Part shown: positions 27,245 through 39,200 of the stretch, in pieces
How positions within the stretch are numbered: the first letter of the stretch is position 1
How the letters are laid out: each line of letters starts with the position of its first letter
Source: Callorhinchus milii
Lineage: Eukaryota
Reading direction: 5' to 3'
Length of the DNA: 64,000 nucleotides
NCBI RefSeq assembly: GCF_018977255.1
Contig: NW_024704743.1
Coordinates: 78,742,001 to 78,806,000, forward strand
The notes under the pieces: model-generated
Told to the model about the DNA's origin: nothing
Database searches by the model: none
Seen by the model: the letters and a program-made list of their open reading frames with translations, nothing else
Program-made: the position numbers and the translations under genes

Positions 27245-30200
27245 CTGGAAAAAATAAAATTGGTCATTCACTTTATTGGCTATCTGTCTTTCATGTCAGT
27301 AGAATGTCTAAAAGTGCTTCCCAGTATTTTACTGTATAGTGTAATAACTGTATTTTGTATGAGTATTCGGTCTCCGTATGTTTAACACAACTGTATTCAA
27401 GGCTGATTTGCTCTTAAAAATGATTATTTTTCCACTGCCAACCTCAAAGAGCAAAAAGCAGCAGATGTCAACACCTGAACCATAGGCTCCCGTGGTTTGT
27501 GCATATTCATTTGCATTTTCGTCTCAATGGATCAACTCATGGAGCAAGCAGAAAATTCCCAAAATGTCACTTATTTTATTTTATTAGCAATCTGCTGCAG
27601 CTTGCAAGTAAAATTTGTTTTACTTTGAAGGATTTGTTTTCTCCCAGCAAACGAATATGTGGATTAGACTAGACTCTCACCAAGAGGAGTTAAGATGGCC
27701 TCAATTGGTGTTCAAAAAGAAAACTGATATGTTCACAATAATGTTGAGATCTGCAAATGCAGAATAGCACTGATCAGTGGGCTGAAATCCCTTTTCCATG
27801 CTATAATATTCAATGTAATCTTACCGGAAATGTAGAATGTTTGTGTATAATTTCAGTACAACAACAACTTGCATTTACATATTGCCTTTCACACGAGTAG
27901 TGTCTTGGAGCTCTTAAGTAGAGGCGAAATGCATTTTTAAAATCTTTCCTTCCGTCGACAAAAGTTGGGTCAAAATATTTGAATGATGTAACTCTAACCT
28001 ATTGTTTTTTCCGAATTTTCAGAATAGCAAAAAAATTCCACCCCAGGAAATTTTAAGAGAAACCCTTGAAATTTGTAGTGTCCAACCCCCAGTTTTCAAC
28101 CTTAAATAGTAATATTGGAGCCTGCAGCCTTATATTAATATTCATTTACAGTCCTTCCTGAAACCTCAGATTCCAGCACTTACTCAGTCAGTATTCAGTG
28201 ACCTGCTCACCACTTCAGATAACCCTAACCCTCCCCGTGTCCCCATTGTGTCTGCTGATCATACGCTGCGCTGTTACCTTTCTCATCATTGTGACCAATC
28301 ACCCATCGCGAGCACCTGCAGCATGAGGCGAGCCACACTCACACTGAATGCACACCCACAGAGGTCAGTCTGTCTGTCTGTCTGTCTGTCTGTGTGGGGA
28401 AGCTAATACTTCAGCTTGACTGCAATGCCATAGACTCATCTGAATCTGGGATTTGCAAGTGAGCCAACTCCAAATACAACCAGCATGGTTCCTTTTCGGC
28501 TGGCGTGAAAGAGGCTTCAGAACTTGCCTGAGAACTCAGCCAGACTCCTGTATAATCACACAAAGAGGCTGACATCTACCACATACTCAACTTTTGACTG
28601 CTGGGATATGGGGTAAGAGCTTTCACAATCATAGCCATACAACATAAGGAATTAATGTATAGGACTTTGCAATTTACAAAAGATCATTCAGATACAGATT
28701 AAGTTTAATACGGTAGAGTGCTAGTTTGCCCAAATCCGGCTGTCACTTATCCGCACCCGTGTCAGTCTTTCCAGATATACTACACTGTGAGGCAACAGGA
28801 GATCCAACCCTTGACTGAAGGTTTCTGTATTTGGAAGCAGAACACCAACTGTTTGACATTTCGCTCACAAAATACACAGTCAATTCACTTTATAGTACAT
28901 TCTGTGAAGTGTTTTGAGACATCTCAAAGACGTGATAAGGGGCTATATCAAATACAAGATTATTATCAATGCAAGAATGATTCTTATAAATTTCCTCTGC
29001 CTCAGAAGGCAAACTCATAAATAGCTTTATTCTCCTTAGGAAAGAGTCACTTCAACACCAGAGGTGAATTGAGTAAATCTTCACAATACTGATCTAATCT
29101 TGCAGGCTGCAATATTCATGGGTAACCTTGAATTATTTATATCGTCATACCTTTCAATCCCATTCTTCATCAGAAATTCAACATGTGGAAATCCACAACC
29201 CTCAACTCAGGGATTTTTACCCCTTTATGTCAACATCTGTTTCCTATGGTGAAGCCACTTCATGATTCAGTCACAAGAGAGATTTGAATGAAGAAAACCA
29301 TACGGCTTACAACATTAAGCTATTTCTTAAATTAGTCTAGTGCTCTGGTCTCAACCATCCTTCCTGTCACTGTCTCACTCCCATTTAGAATTTATACCGC
29401 TTTATAAGGTCCCATCTCACACCTGTGGATGTCTCTTTTCCAGGTTGAGGAGTCCTTAACTAATCTGATCATTGCTCATAGCTCATGCTTTAACACCAAG
29501 GATCCTCCTCATTGCTCTGTCCTGCCTTGAGGCGGTCCCTCTAAGGTCACGGCGACCAGAACTGAATGCAGTATTCCATGTATGGTTTGACTAGAGCATT
29601 GCACATCAAATAACTTACAATTACTTTGATGAGACTCATAAACTATAAAGAATGTTTTGTGCATTGCAAATGGCATCCAAATGTTTTGAAATCTACTTAC
29701 AGATCTTGTGAATGAATTTGGCCACCGAGGTTGCCTGAAATCTTTTCAGAGTGCTTAATTCCAGGGCTCGCTGCATAAGCATTTTTTCCCCATTCTTTTC
29801 CTTTTATTACAGCTGCAATATCGTCTAATTCCTCCTGAGCAGGGACATATTTAACAGTCAGTCCGTTGAAAGAGCTAGTGGATGCCATTCACTTTATTTT
29901 AAATGCTGCAGATATCATCACATTGTCACAACTATATCCTACTGTAGAACAGACCATTATAAGGTGCTCCTTTACAGCACAAATCTGGTTATAATGCAGC
30001 TATAGTGTGGACTACACTCACTGTGCGCACATATAGCTGCTCCTGCCTGCCTGCTAAAATAGCTGACTTCTGGGTCATTCTGTTGTCATTGGGGGTACTT
30101 TCTGTTTCCTGCACGTGAACAAACTTTATGTAACATGACCAGAGATAATACAGTACCAGGGATGAAAGCTTTTTTTAAAAAAAACTTATGAGTTTATAAG

Positions 30201-33200
30201 TCTGGAGAAATTGGAGCTGTTTTCCCTAGAACAGAGAAGGTTGAGAGGAGACCTGATAAGAGTTTTTTTNAAATTATTGTGGGGTTTTGGCAAAATAAAC
30301 GTGGGAGAAATTATTCCCATTGGTTGGTGTGTTAGTAACAAAGGCCAGATGTAAGGTAAAAAAGCAAAGGAAGATGTTATAGATTTTTTTTTTACGCATA
30401 GCTGGTTGTTGGTGTGTGAAATGACATTCCTCCACCTGTGGTTGAAATAGCTTTAAAGCGGGAATTAGATAATTATCTGAAAATGAGAAATATAAAAGGG
30501 TTTGGTGAAACGGCAGGAGAATGGGACTAAATGGAAAGTTCTGGTGGAGGGCCAGCACAGGTACAACGTGCTGTAAATTTTGCATTTTTAAATGTTTCTG
30601 TGGTACTGTGCAAGCTTGAAGCTGGTTCAGCCACCAGCACCCTGCCTCTGTTGTCAGGCCTAGAATACAGAGTTCTTCTGCCTGGTCATATCTTTCTCTT
30701 TCAAGGTTTTGAGCAACTCAATGCAATTACCAGCACGGCCTATTTTGATTTCAGATTACCAGAATTCACAAATTTTAATTTTAAATAAAAATTATTATTA
30801 TTATGATCCATCAGAAAATTCTCATTACCTTTATTTGGATGGTGACTTTTTTGAGATCTGCCTCTTGATCAGTGGTCATGTCATCGTCAAAGAATATCCC
30901 TAAAGGTGCACATGACTCATGAATAAAATCACAAAATTTATTCTTGTCCTTCTGATTTAGATGCTCTTCAATCTGCATCACGATGCTCGCTTGCTGCATC
31001 GCTGCATTTGCAGTTGCATTGTCATACACCCTGGGTACAGTAATCAGAAACAATTCACATCACACTGAAGGAAAAAACATGGCAAAACAAGGTTGTTCAG
31101 TCTATCAAGCTCTAAACACAGCACATCTAAAGCTCGAAATTCCTCATTGTCTTAGATTAGGTCTTAACAATTTTGAAAAATTCTGCAGAAAACAGGCTTT
31201 TCCAGAATTTTGGACCCATTTGCTTCCCACGTGCCAGCCAGTTTTTGTGGTAAATCAGCCAACTTCTGGGTCATTAGGCCACCAAATATGTATATGATCT
31301 GATGACCCAGACATCGGCCATTTTCCAGTTTTAGTGCAGGATCCTGTGGGCACACAGTAAACCAGCTATTGCACCTCACTAGAGGTTGGGATTTTATGGA
31401 TATCAATGACCCTGTTATAACAATTCTCAACTGTATATTTAACTAAAACAACAACAAATTGCATTTATAAAGTGTCTTTCACGTCGGCATTCAGATGGAT
31501 TATGCTACCTCTGATTTTTTTCTCAAACGAAGGTTACAACAACAACTTGCGTTTAGATAGTGCCCTTTCACACGGGCTAGAATCTCGGAATACTAAAAGA
31601 CACACCTTTGGAAAGTGTCTGAAAGGAGTGCTATGAGGAGATTGATACAAAGAATGCTTGAGAGACCAAGAAACGTCCCACAGAGAAAATATGCCATCAC
31701 CGAGTCCTGTCCATACATATCATCAAAGCCATAATCATCAACCAGTGTGATACGGAAGATGGTAAACAGCATCTGTGGTACAGTGGTCATATTTGGTACC
31801 AGACCTGGAGAAAGGAAATAACACAGAACAATAAATTTCTGGAAAGATTTGTTATTATTATTTGTAATTTACCAGCTGGGAACGATGGTTACTGCCAACC
31901 TTTTCTTCTTCAGCTCGGAAGACTGATTTCTCTCAACCTCTGAAAATCCAATTCACACAGCATGACAACAGGCTGTACAATGATTTCCTCTCTCACTAGC
32001 TCACCACTGAAAGGCAATGGAGCTGTTTCCTAAAAGTTGGACACGGGCTTGAAAATTAGCCAACCAAGGTGCTCAGTTGACAGACAGATTTTAACCACTT
32101 ATCTTACCTAATAGCATTTAGTCCCCATTCCATTCCCCCCATCCATTTTATTCCTTTTTCTACCAATGTCTGTTTTACGCCATCAACAAAATATATTTGT
32201 CTTCAGTACTGAGTACTGAGTGTCTACAGAGTCTGATCTGCAAAAAGTGTCCAGGTTTTAAAGCCTATCAGGTACTAACTCCTGGCATATGGTCATGTCA
32301 ATAACACTGCACAGTGGTTCAATTTTGCATTAATTTCGAACTGGACATTTTTCTTAAAGAATGTGGAAGTCGATGGAGTGGAACACATTCCAATTTTCAG
32401 AGCAGGTTTCTCTATCGAGTTGACCCCTGTGTATGAATTGCCTAACACTGTAATAATACATGATTCAACGCTTTTGAGTAATGTACTAACAAGTGCATTA
32501 CCCTTTAATACATTACTAAATGTACTAAAAATACTACTGCAATGCTAAAGTGCAACTCCCATACACTAATCCTTGTAAGTGAGCACACAACTTACCACCA
32601 AATATGATCCAAAATGCACAGGCATAAGGGACGAAAAACTCTCCATATAGAAAGAGGAACTTTAAGATATCAACGCTGATCTTTCCCAGCATTACAATGA
32701 AAGGACCCAGTGACCTGCGCCAGAAAAATAACCTTGTTAGAAAAATAAGGTAATTCAAAAAGTTAAAATGAAAATTAATCTGAATCTAACACAGCTTTTT
32801 GTATTAAGAACAGTATTTCACAAAACTCACATTGATGTAAAATCATCTACACACTTGGAAGTCCTGCAGATATGTTGGCAAATTGATTATTTGTATGTTT
32901 ATGGGAAAATACCAAAATCATTTCAAAAGGCTGAAAGGTTATGTACTGAGAATACTTTCCAATTTTCCATTTGTAGATAGATTCTGCACCTCACACATTA
33001 CTGTCAGATAAATGTTTGCTAATCTTTGATATGATCTCATGTGGTACGAATTCAATTGAAATTATAAAATAGTAGTATATCCAATCCACCAATGCAAGGA
33101 AATATTTATGACTCTTTAATGGTATTAGTTTGACTTCAATGTGAAACTGATCTCCATAGGAAACTAGTATTGTACTATAGCCAGATTTCTTGTCTTTCAC

Positions 33201-36200
33201 AAGATCTGACTTGGAGTTGTTTTTCTGTCAAGATGTTTATGCATGAATGAAGCACCATTAGAATGTTTTTTTTTGATCTCCAAATGTCAAATAACAATAA
33301 CAAATTATGTTTGTATAGTGCCTTTCATGTCAGGAGGATTCCTTTCATGTCAGGAGACGCCGTCCGGCGTGAAGGGCGCTATATAAATGCAAGTTGTTTT
33401 TGTTGTTGTCCGAAGACGCAAGACAGCTAGGGGTTTGGACCCAAGCAGGAGGTTGGCATCAGGAGGATGGAAGGCAAGGAAGGTAGGGGTAGGAGGGTGA
33501 CTGAAGGTGCAGATGAAGAGGAGGCGCTTGAGACGTCCTTGAAGGAGGCAAGGGAGGGGGCGAGGCAAAGAGACTGTGGGATGTAGTTCCAAAGGGTAGG
33601 GGGCAGAGAGACTGAAAATCTGACCGCCGATGTTAGGGGCGGCCTGAGCAGGAGACGTGGAGCAAACCGGAGCCTGCTGAGTGGAGGGAGCGGATGGGTT
33701 GATGTGGAGTTAGCAGATCACAGAGATAGGGAGACAGGTAGAACAGCAGTGAAATAGTGGAAAAGGACAAAATCAAAGTTACCCAACTTACAGCTGCATA
33801 TCCCAGACTCTTCTACCAAACCAGCCCCCCACCCCCCAAAACCCCACAACAAACTAATAATTTATGCATGTGTGACATCTTCATGATGCTCACACAATGA
33901 GTGTCAAGACGTCCACACACACACCCAAGATCAATTAAAGCAAAATGGTCTCCAGAGGTCATGTGAAATTGCTTGGTTCTGTTTTTCAGGACTCCAGAAT
34001 CCTCAATAACTGCAATATGAAAGGAGTATTAATCTCCAGATGATTGTAATCTGGAAGAGGGGACTTTCAATCAGTTTAAAGAACCGTCAATGCACTTATT
34101 TCAGAACGGAACCAACTAGCTGCCCCACTACACCCCCAGCAGTGCAACGTTGTTCAACTTACTGTATTGCCCTTACACTTTTTTTGCAAATGTATAAACT
34201 CACACATATTTAAGGGTCATCCGTTCATTCAAATGAGTATCATTCATATCTGCTAAAAATCAAAAATCACAATGGGCGTTGGTGCAGTTTCCCAGGCCAG
34301 AAAGATTTCACATCCTTTTTAAATGTCAGTAGTTGCTGTTTTTTTTGTGGAAACAAGCACATATTGCTGCATTGTGTCTCAAAGGGAAGCAGTTTCTCAT
34401 AGTGAGAAAGGAAGAGAAGAATCAACCTGAGCTTCTCTTGCAGATTCACGTGTCATTGACACAAAACCAATGTCAAAAACTGAGACAAAACCAACAACCA
34501 GAAAACGTCCACAGCACAGGAGAGGAAAAGGCATTTAAAATCCTATCCTTACATTTGATATTGTCGTGCTTTATCAAAACATGAAGTAGCCACACCCTTA
34601 TTGCTGACCTAAATATTTCAATGAACTGAATGAGTTGCTGAGATGTTTGTGATGAGTAAAGTGCATTTGCATTGCCTTGAATATCCTCAAATCTGAATTG
34701 CAGTGTGCAGACAAAAAAAAAGGTCTGGATGCATTTTGTGTGGGGGAGTAGGATGGTAGGAATAAGCAAGCGGCAAACCTGATAGCTCGCACATGTTTCA
34801 TGAGTCGAAGCCAGATGAATATGATGGCCACGGCAAACAAGCGAACATGAGAAGTGTGAAGGTTTGGGTTCTCCATGAGTAAATCAGCCACGTGAGTCAC
34901 AATCACAGTGAAGATCAGCAGATAACACAACCAGTCAAATAAATTCCTGAGTAAAAATCAAGTGTCAGACTATTAACAAACAGATATTAAGATCAAAGAA
35001 CTTGTGAAACATTGCATATGTCTCGTGGAAAATCCATTTTATTCAAGACAATTTTTATTTTACATTTGTTCCTTGATTTTTCTTCTTCCCTCATCTTCAG
35101 CAAACCAAGCAGTTTTTGGAGAAGGAAGTGGTATTGAGAAAAAGCAGGTGGTTAGGGCTAAAAGTAATATTTTCCACTTAAAATGTTCATATCAGTGCCA
35201 GTCCTCATCCTAACAGCAGGTGGCGGGCTTGAGCAATGCGCGAAAACATCCCTTCTCCAAGCAGTTCTCACACTTGTAATAATAATCCTTGCATTTGATA
35301 AAGCATGTTTCATGTCAGGTGCGCATCACAGGGTTTACCCATGTGTCACTTCAAAGAGGTCATCCATCTTCATACTAATATCACTTAAGTTACTGATTGA
35401 ACACTAGGGGCATTTATTTGGGCATTAGCTTGGTGTAAACAAAATTGCAATGATCAAAGTTGTAAAGCTCCTACTGCAATCTAGGCAATTGCAGAATGTT
35501 ACAGTTCTTTTAGAGTGAATGCAGCCAATGCTATGCTGCTTTATTTCTGAACTGAGTTTTGCTATGCATGTGAGAATTCACTTGACATTGAGTTAATTTT
35601 GTTTGTGAAGGTGATATTATAATAGTTAGCTAAACATGAAGTAGTATCCTCCCCAGTCCTTGATATCTTTGAAGCAGTTGAAGAGTTAAGTAGCGTTCCT
35701 GCCAATGTTGCACTTTATCCATGCTGACTGCCTGGCGCTCACTGTGTTCGTATTTGCTAATGTGCTCGCTTCCTCCTCTTCTGAAGATGCTGACTTCTGC
35801 TTAGATGCATTTCATAGACGCTGTTAGCTCTCTGGTATACCACACAAGCTGCCACTTTTAATGTGTAAACTCAGACATTGAAGATCAGCAGATTTCTGAT
35901 TCGAAGGGCATCAACAACAACTTGCATTTATATGGCGCTCTTCATGGAGCGCTTATAGGACAACCAAGTAAAATCTGTCCTCACTCAGATTTTCCATTGG
36001 GTTACTGGATAGTGATCAGCAGATCTTCTGCTTTACTAGAATTGGTGCTGTTTACATTTTGTAAAGTACACTCCATATGTTGGTTGAGGCCAGGTTTGTT
36101 TTGCTGTATTGGAATTCTCTCTAAGTAACGACTGTCTGTCCACAGCAACAACAACTTGCACTTATATAGCTCTTTTCACCTAGGGAAATGTCTTACGGTG

Positions 36201-39200
36201 TTTCACAGGTTGGAATGGGAACCTGAGCAAGATTGGAATTTGGGGTGTGTAGGGGTAAGGCATCGGAGGGAATTGACCAAAGGCAAGATTGAACAGGTAG
36301 GTTTTCATTAGGGGCTTGAAAACAGAGTGGGATGATGAGTTGGAGGGGTTTGGGGGAAAGAATTCTAGAGATGTGGCTGAGGGCGAGGGTACACAGTGAC
36401 TGACAGCTTGGCTGCTGATGGTATACTGGAGGGTTGGGAAATGTGCAGCAATTGTAATGTCATGTGTGTAATGATACTAATAATTTGGATATTTGATATA
36501 GTGCCTTACCACATCATCATGACGGATCGAAATGCTTCACAGGATACACTGAAAACCAGTTTGATTGTGTATTTTGTGGGCGAAACCCAGCAACTGGTAA
36601 TATATGATAACAACATCTGTCAGTATGGATGTTAAAGATAATTGATGTGGAACTTTGATCACCTGCACACCACAGAATTATATGACAATAGTTGCTGCAA
36701 TCAACGACACAGGAAATAGTATCTTGTATAGATATAATAATGTTTTTTTTTAAAAATGCTTACCAAAAGTCTCTTAAGTAGTTGGGATGCATATCATCCA
36801 GTGCAGAAAGCTCCTTCTTTAGATACGTCTTCTCCTAGCAGGAAAGGCAAATTGTCATTTTCTCAAGTTAGATGCGAAAGCCAATGTTAAAGGTCAAATC
36901 ATTAGCAGCCGACACAGAAAATGAAGCATTTTGAAATGATAAAATGGGCAGCTGTTGAAAGGATGCCCCTCTGAAACATCTGCTAAACCCCCTGTAATTG
37001 ATTAAATTAAAAATCTTGGACATTTTTTGTGTATATCCCCATTCCTATCATTAGTTATTTATAGCAAGTTTCCTTCCCCATTCCCTCTGCTCGAAATGTT
37101 TAGCTTCCTTTTGGCATCTCTCCTCAGTCAACAGTGGGATCTAATTTGTAAGAGTTGAAAAAGGAATTGTAAATAGCAAATGCTGTAGTTAACCAGATGT
37201 ACCTGAGGCCAACTCTCCAGAATTCCACTCATACACTGATCTCTTTCCGGATGACAGGAACCTCCTTTGGCCATTTTATAGCCAGCCTTAAGGAAGTCAG
37301 AATGGAGGTCGGGCTGTTCTGAGTTCTGAAGGGTTGGCCTCAGACATATTCAGGTACCTATAGCATTTGTCAAGTACAATTTTTTTAGAAAATCATACAA
37401 ATTGGACACCATTGAGAACAGAAAATGTGAATTGTGGTAGTGAACCCAAGCTGTACTGCAGTGTCCTATTCTGGGAATAATCTTACCCCAGCCCTCAGGC
37501 CAATCCCTTTTTTTTTCACATGCATCAACATATATGCATACAATGGAGTCCTATAGCTCAGTGGTTAGAGCACTTGCCTTGCAAGCGAGACACCTGGTTC
37601 AATCCCAGGCAGGACGAAACATTGGGCAACTTTCCAGACTCCACACGCCTAATAATAATCCCTCCAAAACAAAACAATAATAAATTGGCCATTTTCAATC
37701 CACGACTGCTTGTGGGAACTGCTGTGCGCAATTGGCTGCCGCATTTCGCCCACAAATATACGGTCAATTCACTTTACAGTATACTCTGTGAAGCGCTTTG
37801 AGACGTCGAGAAGACGTGAAAAAGTGCTATATCAAATGCAAGGATTATTATTTATTATTAATTTGCCATTGAAAGGGAAAGGCGCTCTATAAATGGAATC
37901 TTGCTGTTGTTGAAAGGGCATTCCGTCTACACTTCCTGGGACAACAAAAGAAAATTGAAGGGAGGATGGGTCATGAACCAGTGGAACTCGTACAACTGTT
38001 TATCAAAATGACAGTCTAAAGCTATGACAAAAGCTGTTTTACACTACCACTTCAGTTGCATATGAAATTCTGCAACGTCATAGCTGTGAGCTGAAATTTG
38101 TAGCATTTCATATCAAAAAGACAGAATTATGAAACACTGTGATTTGCCTCTGCGTTACAAACAATGACAGTGACAATAATCCAGGCAAATATTTCCCTCA
38201 CATGAAACATTCATTATCCTTTTGATCAAGGAGGCAGGATAGGATTTGGTGCTAGAAGAGCCTACATATAGTTTTAAGAGTGTTTTCCCCCACTTTCCTT
38301 GCATTTTCTTTCCTATTGCTTCTTCTAGGCCTCTCAAATACACTGTACTCATCTGGTAAGGACATGTGTGGACAACACTCGGCAATGCTTCCTTATGATT
38401 TGCCTCCTTCCTTTAACTGAAGTGACACTGGCTGAACTCAGAGAACTCATTATTCTAATCCCATCCCCCAAGTCCTAAAACTCTATTATTGGTAGTTTAT
38501 GGTAATAATAATAATCCTTGCATTTGATATAGCGCCTTAACACATCTTTGAGATGTCTCAAAGCACTTCACAGAATATACTGCAAAGTGAATTGACTGTG
38601 TATTTTGTGGGTGAAACATGGCAGCTAATTGCACACAGCAGTGTCCCACAAACAGTCGTGGATTGAGTGACCAAAATTGTTATTATTTTATTTATATATT
38701 TTTAAGAATTGTGAACACTGGAAAGTGATCCGCCAGTTGACTAACAATTGGGTTCCTACTTACTCCGAGGTAAATAGAGGTGTGTGCAGTAAGGAAACTT
38801 GTCTAATGTTTTGTCCTGCTTGGAAATCGAACCCGGGTCCTCTTGCTTGTGAGGTAAGTGCTCTACTCTAACCAATATGCTCCAAATCCATTGTGATGTT
38901 GGTACATTACACATTATTTAAATGAAACATTGAACTTTAAACACATTTTGAAAAGTTGCAGTGTATTTTCGTTATTTTTCTTGTATATTTTTCCAGAGTG
39001 TTTGTCCAGACATTGCTGTACCTCTGGCCATCTTGGGTGGCACAGGTTCAGGTCCTTCATTATCTCCTGGTTTCTCCATTCCTTCCACTGAGAAAATTTT
39101 CTCTTTGAAGCGTGGATTTCAATGAATTCATCTGTGATCTGATAGAGAGTGAGACCAACTGCCACCAGAGCCACAAGAATCTTCCACCAGTCCTGCAACC

